Positions 52,090-61,725 of a stretch of 64,000 nt of DNA are shown here, piece by piece. The notes beneath the pieces were generated by a model, which worked only from the letters and a program-made list of their open reading frames with translations, made no database searches and had not been told where the DNA came from. How positions within the stretch are numbered: position 1 is the first letter of the stretch; each line of letters starts with the position of its first letter. The position numbers and the translations under genes were made by a program. Origin of the DNA: an uncultured Pseudomonadota bacterium (GTDB lineage Bacteria; Pseudomonadota; Alphaproteobacteria; JACZXZ01); NCBI GenBank assembly GCA_963749075.1, contig CAVVLJ010000017.1, positions 288,001 to 352,000 of the forward strand, read 5' to 3'.

Positions 52090-53541
52090 TCAAATCCCCC
52101 CCATGCAGAGATACTTCACCTCGAGATACTCCTCGATGCCGTACCTCGAGCCCTCGCGGCCGAGGCCGGACTCCTTGACGCCGCCGAAGGGGGCGATCTC
52201 GGTCGAGATGATGCCGGTGTTGATGCCGACCATGCCGTACTCGAGCGCCTCGGCCACGCGCCAGATGCGGCCGATGTCGCGGCCGTAGAAGTAGCTCGCC
52301 AGGCCGAACTCGGTGTCGTTGGCCATCTCGATGGCCTCGGCGTCGGTGTTGAAGCGGAAGAGCGGCGCCACGGGCCCGAAGGTCTCCTCGCGCGCCACGG
52401 CCATCGAGGGCTTCACGTCGGCGAGTATGGTCGGTTCGAAGAAGGTGCCGCCCCTGGCGTGGCGCTTGCCGCCGACCACGACGCGGGCACCCTTATGAAG
52501 CGCGTCCGCGATGTGCTGCTCGACCTTCTCCACCGCCTTCATGTCGATGAGCGGACCTTGCGTGACGCCCGCCTCGAGGCCGTTGCCGACGCGGAGTGCG
52601 CTCACGGCCTGCGCGAGCTTCGCGGAAAACTCCTCATAGACGCTGTCCTGCACGAGGAGGCGGTTGGCGCAGACGCAGGTTTGGCCGGTGTTGCGGTACT
52701 TCGACGCCATGGCGCCCTCGACCGCGGCGTCGAGATCGGCGTCGTCGAAGACGATGAAGGGCGCATTGCCGCCGAGCTCGAGGGAGATCTTCTTGATGGT
52801 GCCGGCGCACTGCGCCATGAGGAGCTTGCCGATCTCGGTCGAGCCGGTGAAGGAGAGCTTGCGCACGATGGGGTTCGAGGTCATCTCCTTGCCGATCTCG
52901 CCCGAGCTCCCGGTCACCACGCTGAAGGCGCCCTTGGGCACGCCCGCGCGCTCGGCGAGCTCGGCGAGGGCGAGGGCCGAATAAGGCGTCTGGCTCGCCG
53001 GCTTCACCACCATGGTGCAACCGGCGGCGAGCGCCGGGCCCGCCTTGCGCGTGATCATGGCGGCGGGGAAGTTCCACGGCGTGATGGCGACCGTCACCCC
53101 CACCGGCTGCTTGATCACCACGATGCGCTTGTCGGCCTGGTGCTGCGGGATGGTGTCGCCGTAGACGCGCTTGCACTCCTCGGCGAACCACTCGATGAAG
53201 GAGGCGGCATAGACGATCTCGCCCTTCGATTCCGCTAACGGCTTCCCCTGCTCCTCCGTCATGAGCACGGCGAGGTCGTCCTGGTTCTCCATCATGAGGT
53301 CCGCCCACTTGCGCATGACCTTGGCGCGCTCCTTGGCGGTCTTGGCGCGCCAGGCCGGCAGCGCCTTCTCGGCCGCCTCGATGGCGCGGCGCGTCTCATC
53401 CGTGCCCATGCGCGGAACGCTTCCCAGGACCTCGCCCGTGGCGGGGTTGTTGACTTTGATGGTGGCGCCGCCGTCGGCGTCCGTCCAGGCGCCGGCGAGG
53501 TAGCACTGCTGCCGGAACAGGCTCTTGTCCTTGAGCTGCAT
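52090..53541 (-). CDS. gabD: NAD(P)-dependent succinate-semialdehyde dehydrogenase
   Basis: ITPWNFPAAMITRK, SFTGSTEIG, LELGGNAP, GQTCVC, EETFGP. Confidence 0.95.
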   Translation of the reverse strand: MQLKDKSLFRQQCYLAGAWTDADGGATIKVNNPATGEVLGSVPRMGTDETRRAIEAAEKALPAWRAKTAKERAKVMRKWADLMMENQDDLAVLMTEEQGKPLAESKGEIVYAASFIEWFAEECKRVYGDTIPQHQADKRIVVIKQPVGVTVAITPWNFPAAMITRKAGPALAAGCTMVVKPASQTPYSALALAELAERAGVPKGAFSVVTGSSGEIGKEMTSNPIVRKLSFTGSTEIGKLLMAQCAGTIKKISLELGGNAPFIVFDDADLDAAVEGAMASKYRNTGQTCVCANRLLVQDSVYEEFSAKLAQAVSALRVGNGLEAGVTQGPLIDMKAVEKVEQHIADALHKGARVVVGGKRHARGGTFFEPTILADVKPSMAVAREETFGPVAPLFRFNTDAEAIEMANDTEFGLASYFYGRDIGRIWRVAEALEYGMVGINTGIISTEIAPFGGVKESGLGREGSRYGIEEYLEVKYLCMGGI

Positions 53542-53615
53542 GGCTTCCCTCCCTTGGAAAGACTGGCGGGGTTTCACCAATTATAGGTCCGCGCCGACGC
53601 CGGCGCGAGCCCGAC

Positions 53616-53650
53616 TTGACGCTCGGACAAAAATATCCGATTCTTAAATC
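53616..53650 (+). promoter_or_regulatory. Leaderless hicAB promoter with operator
   Basis: TTGACG-17 bp-GATTCT, 6 nt to GTG; IR TCGGA-N8-TCCGA (53623-53640); GANTC within the -10. Confidence 0.6.
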
Positions 53651-53866
53651 GTGAACGGCGCCGACTTCATGCGGGCGGTCCAGCGACTTGGCCGGAGCCG
53701 CAACATACCCGTCCGTATCAACGAAAAGCGGGGCAAAGGCTCGCACATCACGCTTTATTTTGGCACTTGCAAGACCGTGGTGAAGGATCGCAGGAAGGAA
53801 ATCGGCAAGGGTCTGCTCCATGCCATGCTCCGCCAGCTTGGACTCTCGCTCCACGATCTGAGATAG
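53651..53866 (+). CDS. hicA: HicA family toxin
   Basis: RGKGSHITLY...EIGKGLLHAMLRQLGL. Confidence 0.9.
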   Translation: MNGADFMRAVQRLGRSRNIPVRINEKRGKGSHITLYFGTCKTVVKDRRKEIGKGLLHAMLRQLGLSLHDLR

Positions 53867-53912
53867 GAAGCGATCTGACCCCGACACGGGAAGCACCCCG
53901 AGGAGCACGATA

Positions 53913-54353
53913 ATGCGCCCCTTCGACTTCGCCTATCCGGCAACCCTCTCGCGCGACGAGGACCGTCGCGTCCTTGTCCGGTTCCGCGATCTGCCGGAAG
54001 CTCTCACCGACGGTGCCGATGAGGACGAGGCGGTTTCCGAGGCGATGGACTGCCTCGACGAAGCGATCGCCGGGCGCATCCTGGACGGCGAGGACATCCC
54101 GCGACCCTCGCGGCCGAAGAAGCGGGAGCGGCTCGTCTCGGTGCCCGCCCACACGGCTGCCCAGGCGGCTCTCTATATCGCCATGCGCGAGGCCGGCATC
54201 AGCAAGAGCGCGCTCGCGCGCCGGCTTGGCTGCGACGAGAAGGAGGCGCGCCGATTGCTCGATCCGCGCCATCCTTCCAAGGTGCAGCGCCTCGAGGAGG
54301 CGCTTGCCGTGCTCGGCGGAACGCTCGAGGTCCGGCTACGCAAGATCGCGTAA
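53913..54353 (+). CDS. hicB: HicB family antitoxin (HTH C-terminus)
   Basis: YPATL..VRFRDLPEALTDG...IPRPS; SKSALARRLG. Confidence 0.9.
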   Translation: MRPFDFAYPATLSRDEDRRVLVRFRDLPEALTDGADEDEAVSEAMDCLDEAIAGRILDGEDIPRPSRPKKRERLVSVPAHTAAQAALYIAMREAGISKSALARRLGCDEKEARRLLDPRHPSKVQRLEEALAVLGGTLEVRLRKIA

Positions 54354-54358
54354 GCCGC

Positions 54359-54688
54359 TCAATCGACGATGAAGGCCACAGCACCACTCGCCGTCGAGAC
54401 GAGATGGAAGCCGTCGTCCTCGGCGATCTGGAAGCTGGTGCCGGCCGGGCTCTCGAAGCGGCGGCCGTCCTTGAGCTCGGTCGTAAGCGCGCCCTCGGTC
54501 ACCAGCACCACGTGACCGCGCGCGCACCAATGGTCGGCGCGGTAGCCGGGCGAGAACTCGACCATGCGCAAGCGGAGATTGCCCGCCTCGAGCTGCCGCG
54601 TGCGCGCGGTCCCGCTTTCGCCCTGCAACTCGCTCGCGGGAAGCTTCGCCCAATCGGTCGTCATGAAGGGAAGGTTCTCGATCTTCAT
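54359..54688 (-). CDS. DHCW-motif cupin-fold protein
   Basis: MVEFSPGYRADHWCARGH. Confidence 0.88.
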   Translation of the reverse strand: MKIENLPFMTTDWAKLPASELQGESGTARTRQLEAGNLRLRMVEFSPGYRADHWCARGHVVLVTEGALTTELKDGRRFESPAGTSFQIAEDDGFHLVSTASGAVAFIVD

Positions 54689-54696
54689 GGAGCACC

Positions 54697-55536
54697 TCAG
54701 CGAATGCCGGCGCGGATGAAGCTCTGCACGAACTGGCGCTGGAAAAGCAGGAAGGCAAGGAGGAGGGGTGCGGAGGTCAAGAGCGTCGCCGCGGTGATGA
54801 CCGACCAGTCGATGCCCTGGTCCGTGGAGGCGAAGACCGAGAGGCCGACGGTCACCGGCCGCGTCGTCACCGAGTTGGTGATGATGAGGGGCCAGAGGAA
54901 ATTGTTCCAGTGGTAGCTCACCGAGACCAGGCCGAAGGCGATGTAGACGGGCTTCGCGAGCGGCACATAGACTTTCCACAGGAGCTGGAGCAGGTTGCAG
55001 CCCTCGACGCGCGCCGCCTCGTCGAGCTCCTTGGGCACGGTCTTGAAGGTCTGGCGCAGGAGGAAGATGCCGAAGGCCGACGCCATATAGGGGAGCCCGA
55101 TGCCGAGGATGCTGTCGACGAGGCCGAGGGCATGCATGGTGCGGTAGTTCTCGACGATCAGCACGTCGGGCATGATCATGAGCTGCACCAGCACGAGGAG
55201 GAAGAGGAGCTCGCGGCCGAAGAAGGCGAAGCGCGCGAAGGCGAAGGCGGCGAGCGTCGAGAGCACGAGCTGTGCGGCGAGGATCGAGCTCACGAGGAGG
55301 AAGCTGTTGAGGAAGTAGCGCGCGAAGGGGGCCGCCGCCCAGGCGCGCGCGAAGTTCCGCAGCGTGAGCGGAGCGAGGAGCGCCAGATGCGCCGCATACT
55401 CGCTCGCGTGGAAGGCGGTCCACACGGCATAGAGGAGCGGTGCGGCCCAGAGGATGCCGAGGAGCCAGGCTCCCGCCGTGTCGAGGGCGGTGCCCAGGCG
55501 TGCCGCCGGCGGATTCCTGATCGCGAGCGCGCTCAT
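54697..55536 (-). CDS. Carbohydrate ABC permease (UgpE-like)
   Basis: FLLRQTFKTVPKELDEAARVEG EAA loop; WNNFLWP. Confidence 0.93.
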   Translation of the reverse strand: MSALAIRNPPAARLGTALDTAGAWLLGILWAAPLLYAVWTAFHASEYAAHLALLAPLTLRNFARAWAAAPFARYFLNSFLLVSSILAAQLVLSTLAAFAFARFAFFGRELLFLLVLVQLMIMPDVLIVENYRTMHALGLVDSILGIGLPYMASAFGIFLLRQTFKTVPKELDEAARVEGCNLLQLLWKVYVPLAKPVYIAFGLVSVSYHWNNFLWPLIITNSVTTRPVTVGLSVFASTDQGIDWSVITAATLLTSAPLLLAFLLFQRQFVQSFIRAGIR

Positions 55537-56429
55537 TGGTAATGCACGCGCTTGTCGAAATAGAGGAACTGCCCGAAGGCGAGTGCCGCGAGGATGGCGA
55601 GCAGCACGATCGTAAGCGTGGCGCCGTAGGCGGTGTCCCAGAACTTGAAGGCGATCTCGTAGATGTAGAAGAGCAGCAGCTCGGTCGCATTGTCCGGCCC
55701 GCCGCGCGTCATCACCACCACGTGATCGACCATGCGGAAGGCGTTGATCACCGCATTGACCAGGATGAAGAGGGTGGTCGGCATGAGGAGCGGGAAGGTG
55801 ACGCGGCGGAAGACGTAGAAGCGCCCCGCTCCCTCGATCGCCGCCGCCTCGCCGAGCGCCGGCGGGATCTGCTGCAAGGCCGCGAGATAGAAGATCATGA
55901 AGAAGCCGGCCTCCTTCCAGATCGCCACCGCCATGAGGCAGCCGAGCGCCGTGCCCGGCTCTCCGAGCCAGTTGCGCGCACCCCAGCCGAAAAGATGGCG
56001 GAGCTGGTCGAGGAGCCCGTAGCCCGGCGTATAGAAGAAGAGCCAGATATTGGCGACCGCGATCATGGGCAGCACGGTCGGCGTGAAATAGGCGAGGCGC
56101 AACGCGCCGCGCCCGGCGATCTTGCCGTTGACCCAGAGCGCCATGAGGAGTGCCAAGGCTACGGACGCGGGGATGGTGCCTAGCGCATAGATCGCGTTGT
56201 TCTCGAGTGCGCGCCAGAAGATCGGATCCGCGATCATCGCCTGGTAGTTGTCGAGCCCGACGAAGCGTGCCGGCCGGCTGCCCTTGGGCGTCGAGTAGAG
56301 GCTGTCGACGAGGGTGGCGATCACCGGATAGTGGGTGAAGGTGGCGAGCAGCACCGCTGCCGGCAAGACGAGGAGCCAGCCGTAGATGTGGATGCGCGCG
56401 CGATGAAAGGAGCTGCTAGCGGCGCGCAT
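55533..56429 (-). CDS. Carbohydrate ABC permease (UgpA-like)
   Basis: LAALQQIP..GEAAAIEGA; MTRGGP; start uncertain. Confidence 0.92.
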   Translation of the reverse strand: MRAASSSFHRARIHIYGWLLVLPAAVLLATFTHYPVIATLVDSLYSTPKGSRPARFVGLDNYQAMIADPIFWRALENNAIYALGTIPASVALALLMALWVNGKIAGRGALRLAYFTPTVLPMIAVANIWLFFYTPGYGLLDQLRHLFGWGARNWLGEPGTALGCLMAVAIWKEAGFFMIFYLAALQQIPPALGEAAAIEGAGRFYVFRRVTFPLLMPTTLFILVNAVINAFRMVDHVVVMTRGGPDNATELLLFYIYEIAFKFWDTAYGATLTIVLLAILAALAFGQFLYFDKRVHYQ

Positions 56430-56443
56430 CGGCGCGTCGCAAT

Positions 56444-56545
56444 ACCCCCCACCCTGCCCTCCCCCTCAAGGGGGGAGGGGAAGGGGTCGGGGCACGCGAT
56501 GACTTGCCCCCTCCCCCCTTGAGGGGGAGGGATGGGGTGGGGGGT
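56444..56545. repeat. Double-hairpin repeat, copy H, inside the ABC operon
   Basis: Family-1 inverted arms between the SBP and permease genes. Confidence 0.9.
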
Positions 56546-56555
56546 CGGCGCCGCA

Positions 56556-57848
56556 TCATCGATAGGCCTTGAGGATGCGCGTCGCCTCGGCTTGCGCGTC
56601 CTTCAATGCGTCTGCCGGCGGCTTGGCGCCGGTCAGGGCCGCCTGCAGGCCGTCGTTGAGCGCCTTGGTGACGCGCTGGTTGTCGTGGGTCGAGAGCTCG
56701 GCCACGGAATATTTGAGCTGGTCGCGCGCTACCGCGGCCGGGGGGAAATCCTTGACGTAGGCCTGCATCGCCGGCGTCTCCCACGCCGCGGGCGACACCG
56801 CGACATAGCCCGTCTCGATGCCCCACTGTGCCGCGCGCTCGGGTGCCGTCATCCATTTGACGAAAGTGAAGGCCGCCGCCTTCTCCTCGGGCGTCGATTT
56901 CTTGAAGATATAGAAATTGCCGCCGCCCGTGGGCGAGCCGCGGCGCACGTGCGCCGGCAGCATGGCGACGCCGAAGGGGAACTTGGCATTGCTGCGCACG
57001 TTAGTGAGGTTGCCCGTCGTCGTCCACATGATGGCGGTCTTGCGCTCGAAGAAGTCCTTGGGCGTGGTGCCCCACTCGACGATGCCGGGCGGATGGATCT
57101 TCCACTTCTGGCTGAGGTCGACCCAGAACTGCAGTGCTTCGACGACCTTGGGATCGTCGAAGTAGGTCTCGTTGCCCGCCTCGTTCATGAGGCGCACGTC
57201 GTTCGCCGTGGTGAGGCCCTGGAAGAGCCAGTAGGGAAAGCCCGAGGAGGGAATCTGCACGCCCCATTGGGTGACGTTGCCGCCGGCGTCGCGCTTGGTG
57301 AGCTTCTTGCCGTCCTCGACGAGCTCGTCCCAGGTCGCGGGCGGCTTCTCGGGATCGAGGCCGGCCTCCTTGAAGGCCTCCTTGTTCCAGTACATCACGA
57401 TGGTCGAGCGCTGGAACGGGGCGCCCCAGGTCTTGCCGCCGCTGCGGCTGTTCTCCATGAAGGCGGGATAGAAGCCCGCGAGCCAGGCCTTGTCCGCCTC
57501 GCTCTTGACGAGCTCCTCGAAGGGCATGATGGCGTCCTCGTCGATAAGCGTGAACATGTCGGTCGAGAGGATGACCGCGACCTGCGGCACGTCGCCGCCC
57601 TTGATCGCCGTCAGCACCTTGGCGGTGGTGTCCTGGTACGAGCCGGCATAGATCGGCTTCACCTTGATCGCCGGGTTGGCCTTCTCGAAACCGGCGACCA
57701 TGCCGTCGATGATCTTGGTGATGGGCCCGCCGACCGCGACGGGATAATAGAACTGGAGCGTGGTCTCGGCCCGCGCCGCCGCGGCGCCGCAGACCGCGGC
57801 TGCCGCCAGTGCCAGCATCGCGAGGCGCTTCTTGAAGCTTTTGCTCAT
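56556..57848 (-). CDS. ABC sugar/glycerol-phosphate-type solute-binding protein (UgpB-like)
   Basis: Signal peptide; PFQRSTIVMYWNKEAFKEAGLDP. Confidence 0.9.
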   Translation of the reverse strand: MSKSFKKRLAMLALAAAAVCGAAAARAETTLQFYYPVAVGGPITKIIDGMVAGFEKANPAIKVKPIYAGSYQDTTAKVLTAIKGGDVPQVAVILSTDMFTLIDEDAIMPFEELVKSEADKAWLAGFYPAFMENSRSGGKTWGAPFQRSTIVMYWNKEAFKEAGLDPEKPPATWDELVEDGKKLTKRDAGGNVTQWGVQIPSSGFPYWLFQGLTTANDVRLMNEAGNETYFDDPKVVEALQFWVDLSQKWKIHPPGIVEWGTTPKDFFERKTAIMWTTTGNLTNVRSNAKFPFGVAMLPAHVRRGSPTGGGNFYIFKKSTPEEKAAAFTFVKWMTAPERAAQWGIETGYVAVSPAAWETPAMQAYVKDFPPAAVARDQLKYSVAELSTHDNQRVTKALNDGLQAALTGAKPPADALKDAQAEATRILKAYR

Positions 57849-57882
57849 TGCCGTCTCCCTCTTTTCCCTATAAGCCGCCGCC

Positions 57883-58974
57883 TCAGGCGTGCGCGCGCAA
57901 GGCCGGAGCAAGCACTCGCTCAGCCGGCGGCTCGACGCGCGCGCCGCTCTTCACGTCGAAAAGGTGGAGCGCTCCCGCCGGCCAGGCGAGCCTGACCGCG
58001 GCACCGGCGCCGAGCGCCACGGCGCCCGGCACGCGCACCGCCACGCGCGCATCGCCGACGGCGGCGCTCAGAATCGAATCGGCGCCGAGATACTCGACCC
58101 CGCTCAGCAGCGCCGGGAGCGCGCCTTGGTCCGACAGGACGATGTCCTCGGGCCTGAGGCCGATCGCCAGGCCCTCGCCGCGTCCTGCGAGGAGCGCCGG
58201 ACCGGCGGTGCCCTTGACCACGGCGCCCTCCGCTCCGTCGGCGAGCGGCAGGATGTTCATGGGCGGCGTGCCGATGAAGCGGGCCGCGAAGATGCTGGCC
58301 GGCCGCGCGTAGAGCTCGGCGGGTGCCGCATTCTGCTCGACGCGGCCTTGGCGCAGGAGCACGACGCGGTCGGCCATGCTCATCGCCTCGCCCTGGTCGT
58401 GGGTCACGTAGACCATGGTCATGGCGAGCTTCTGCTGGAGGGTACGGATCTCGTGGCGCATCTCCTGGCGCAGCTGGGCGTCGAGGTTGGAGAGCGGCTC
58501 GTCCATCAGGCAGACCGGCTGCTCGGCGATGATGGCGCGGCCGAGTGCCGTGCGCTGCTGCTGGCCGCCCGAGAGCTGGCTCGGCTTGCGCTCGAGGAGT
58601 GCCGCGAGGCCGAGGAGCTCGGCCGTGCGCGCGAGCCTTGCCTTGGCCTCGGCCCTCGCCACGCCGCGCACGCGCAGGCCGAAGAGGATGTTCTCGGCGA
58701 CCGAGAGATGCGGGAAGAGCGCATAGGACTGGAACACCATGGCGATGCGGCGCTCGGCGGGCGGCAGCCGGCTCACGTCCTTGCCGGCGATGAGGATGCG
58801 GCCCGCATCCAGCGTCTCGAGCCCGGCGATGAGCCTGAGCGTCGTCGATTTGCCGCAGCCGGAGGGGCCGAGCAGCACGAGAAGCGTCCCCGCCTCGGCC
58901 TCGAAGCTCACCCGGTCGACGGCCCGGGCCGCCCCCCACAGCTTGCTGACCTCTTCGAGGGAGATGGCGTGCAC
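57883..58974 (-). CDS. ABC ATPase (UgpC/MalK-like)
   Basis: [33 protein letters not shown]. Confidence 0.94.
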   Translation of the reverse strand: MHAISLEEVSKLWGAARAVDRVSFEAEAGTLLVLLGPSGCGKSTTLRLIAGLETLDAGRILIAGKDVSRLPPAERRIAMVFQSYALFPHLSVAENILFGLRVRGVARAEAKARLARTAELLGLAALLERKPSQLSGGQQQRTALGRAIIAEQPVCLMDEPLSNLDAQLRQEMRHEIRTLQQKLAMTMVYVTHDQGEAMSMADRVVLLRQGRVEQNAAPAELYARPASIFAARFIGTPPMNILPLADGAEGAVVKGTAGPALLAGRGEGLAIGLRPEDIVLSDQGALPALLSGVEYLGADSILSAAVGDARVAVRVPGAVALGAGAAVRLAWPAGALHLFDVKSGARVEPPAERVLAPALRAHA

Positions 58975-59138
58975 GCGTCCTTTTCCCCACCCTGTCCTCG
59001 GGGTCTCGTTCTTGGCCTTGGTCTCAGCACCTGCCCCGGGCATAGCAGCATAGCGTGACGGATCGATGACGGCCAGGGAGGCGGCGAACGGAGACGGCGC
59101 CTTGACGCGGACGCCGGCGCCGACAAGAACTCGGCGCC

Positions 59139-59774
59139 ATGACAAGCCATCTCTGGACCTTCCTCGGCATCTCCGCCCTCGTGATCGCCACACCGGGGCC
59201 GGACACCGCGCTCACCATCCGGAACAGCCTCCTCGGCGGCCGCGCGGGCGGACTTGCCACGGCGCTGGGGGTGGCCACGGGCCAGACCATCTGGGCGCTC
59301 GCCACGAGCCTCGGGGTGGTCGGCCTCCTCGTCGCCTCGGCGGCGGTCTTTGCCGCGGTCAAGCTGCTCGGTGCCGCCTATCTCGTCTACCTCGGCGTGG
59401 ACGCGCTGGTGCGCGCATTCCGCCCTGCCAGGGCGGGCGCAGGCAGCCCCGTGCCGGCCGCCTGGCAGCGCCTGGCACCCGCGCGCGCCTTCCGCCAGGG
59501 CGTCGTCAGCGACCTCGGCAACCCCAAGATGGCGGTCTTCTTCATGAGCCTCCTCCCCCAGTTCGCACCGGCGGGCGACGGCTCATTCGCGGCTTTCGTC
59601 TTCTTGGGGATGATTTTCTCGGCGATGACGCTCACCTGGCTCGCGGGCTATGCGCTTGCGGTCGCGCGCGCCGGGGATTTCCTCTCCCGCCCGCGCATCA
59701 GGCGGGCACTCGAGGCCGCGACGGGCGCGGCGCTGATCGCACTCGGCCTGCGGCTTGCCGCGGAGGAGCGATAG
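59139..59774 (+). CDS. LysE/RhtB family exporter
   Basis: TPGPD, KLLGAAYLVYLG, LGNPK. Confidence 0.93.
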   Translation: MTSHLWTFLGISALVIATPGPDTALTIRNSLLGGRAGGLATALGVATGQTIWALATSLGVVGLLVASAAVFAAVKLLGAAYLVYLGVDALVRAFRPARAGAGSPVPAAWQRLAPARAFRQGVVSDLGNPKMAVFFMSLLPQFAPAGDGSFAAFVFLGMIFSAMTLTWLAGYALAVARAGDFLSRPRIRRALEAATGAALIALGLRLAAEER

Positions 59775-59894
59775 CGGAAACATTGACGCGCGGCACCCCC
59801 CTCCCTGCCCTCCCCCTCAAGGGGGGAGGGGAAAACGCAGTGGCACGCTCGATGGGCCCCTCCCCCCTTGAGGGGGAGGGTTGGGGTGGGGGGT
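59772..59894. repeat. Copy I: left shell remnant from the lysE TAG plus double-hairpin core (59795-59894)
   Basis: TAGCGGAAACATTGACGCGCGG resembles the copy C left end TAGCGCCCGAATCATTGATGCGCGG. Confidence 0.82.
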
Positions 59895-59898
59895 CGCC

Positions 59899-61722
59899 CT
59901 ACTCCACCGTCACGCTCTTGGCAAGGTTGCGCGGCTGGTCCACGTCGGTGCCCTTGAGCACGGCCACGTGATAGGCGAGGAGCTGGACGGGGATGGCGTA
60001 GAGGATGGGCGCCACGAAGGGATCGACCTCGGGGAGCTCGAGCGAGACCGCGGCCTTGGCGCCAAGCTTGGCGATGCCCTTGCGGTCGGAGAGCAGGATG
60101 ACGCGGCCGCCGCGCGCCACGGCCTCCTGCATGTTGCTCGCCGTCTTCTCGAAGAGCGCGTCCGAGGGTGCTATGACGATGATCGGCACCGTCTCGTCGA
60201 TGAGGGCGATGGGGCCGTGCTTCATCTCGCCCGCGGCATAGCCCTCGGCGTGGATGTAGGAGATCTCCTTGAGCTTCAAGGCGCCCTCGAGGGCGATGGG
60301 ATAGCCGGTGCCGCGCCCGAGATAGAGCACGTCGCGCGCCTCGGCTAAACCGTGGGCGATGCGCTCGATGCTCTCGTCGTGGCTCAGCACCTCGGCAACT
60401 CGCGCCGGCAGCTCCATGAGGGCCGCCACCAGCTTGCGCTCGCGCGCCGCATCGACGGCACCCCGCGCCCGCGCCGCGGCGAGCGAGAGGGCGGCGAGCA
60501 CGGCGAGCTGCGTCGTGAAGGCCTTGGTCGAGGCGACGCCGATCTCGGGACCCGCGTGGGTCGGCAGCACGGCGTCCGAGGCGCGCGCGATCGAGCTCTC
60601 CGGCACGTTGACGACGGAGAGGATGGTCTGCCCCTCCCCGCGCGCATATTTGAGCGCCGCCATGGTGTCGAGCGTCTCGCCCGACTGCGAGATGAAGAGC
60701 GACGCGCCGTCCTTGGGCAGCGGCGCCTCGCGGTAGCGGAACTCGGAGGCGATGTCGGCCTCGACGGGAAGCCGCGCCATCTGCTCGAACCAGTATTTGG
60801 CGACGAGCCCCGCGAAATAGGCCGTGCCGCAGGCGGAGATGGTGAGCCTACTCAGCTTGGCGAGATCGCACGGCAGCGGAGGCAAGCTCACGGCCATGGT
60901 CGCCGGGTTGACCAGCGCCCGCACGCAATCGCCGAGCGCCGAGGGCTGGTCGTAGATTTCCTTCAGCATGTAATGGCGGTAATTGCCCTTGCCGATGAGG
61001 GCGCCCGAGAGCTGGGTGAGCTTGATCGGGCGCTCGACCTCACGTCCACCCTCGTCGTGCACCACGGCACCGGCCGCCGTCAGCTCCACCCAGTCGCCGT
61101 CCTCGGGATAGGAGATGCGGTTGGTGAGCGGCGCCATGGCGAGCGCGTCGGAGGCGAGATACATCTCGCCCTCGCCGTAGCCGACGGCGAGCGGCGTGCC
61201 GCGCCGGGCGCCTATGAGGAGATCGGAGCGCCCGGCGAAGAGGACCGCGAGTGCGAAGGCGCCGTGGAGGCGCGGCATGGCGCGCGCCATGGCGGCCTGG
61301 GGCGTCATGCCCTCCTCGAGATAGACGGTCAAGAGCTGGGCCACCGCCTCGGTGTCGGTCTCGGTCGTGAAGTTGCGCCCGAGTGCCACGAGCTCGTCGC
61401 GCAGCTCCTGGAAGTTCTCGATGATGCCGTTGTGCACCACCGCCACCTTGTCGGTGGCGATGGGGTGGGCGTTGTTCTCGTTGGGCACGCCATGGGTGGC
61501 CCAGCGCGTGTGGCCGATGCCGGTGGTGCCGCGGACCGGCGCCTCCTTGAGGCGGCGCTCGAGATTGGCGAGCTTGCCCTCGGCGCGGCGGCGCTCGATC
61601 GCGCCGTTCGAGAGCGTCGCGATGCCGGCCAAGTCATAGCCGCGGTACTCGAGCCGCCTGAGCCCCTCGAGGAGGCGTGGTGCCGCCTCGCCCTTGCCGA
61701 TGATGCCGATGATGCCGCACAT
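59899..61722 (-). CDS. glmS: Glutamine--fructose-6-phosphate transaminase
   Basis: MCGIIG, GHTRWATHG, SQSGET, PRNLAKSVTVE. Confidence 0.98.
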   Translation of the reverse strand: MCGIIGIIGKGEAAPRLLEGLRRLEYRGYDLAGIATLSNGAIERRRAEGKLANLERRLKEAPVRGTTGIGHTRWATHGVPNENNAHPIATDKVAVVHNGIIENFQELRDELVALGRNFTTETDTEAVAQLLTVYLEEGMTPQAAMARAMPRLHGAFALAVLFAGRSDLLIGARRGTPLAVGYGEGEMYLASDALAMAPLTNRISYPEDGDWVELTAAGAVVHDEGGREVERPIKLTQLSGALIGKGNYRHYMLKEIYDQPSALGDCVRALVNPATMAVSLPPLPCDLAKLSRLTISACGTAYFAGLVAKYWFEQMARLPVEADIASEFRYREAPLPKDGASLFISQSGETLDTMAALKYARGEGQTILSVVNVPESSIARASDAVLPTHAGPEIGVASTKAFTTQLAVLAALSLAAARARGAVDAARERKLVAALMELPARVAEVLSHDESIERIAHGLAEARDVLYLGRGTGYPIALEGALKLKEISYIHAEGYAAGEMKHGPIALIDETVPIIVIAPSDALFEKTASNMQEAVARGGRVILLSDRKGIAKLGAKAAVSLELPEVDPFVAPILYAIPVQLLAYHVAVLKGTDVDQPRNLAKSVTVE

Positions 61723-61725
61723 GGC

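Noticed and set aside
61723-61725. glmS ribozyme upstream of glmS
   Set aside because: glmU and glmS are only 3 bp apart; no room for it.
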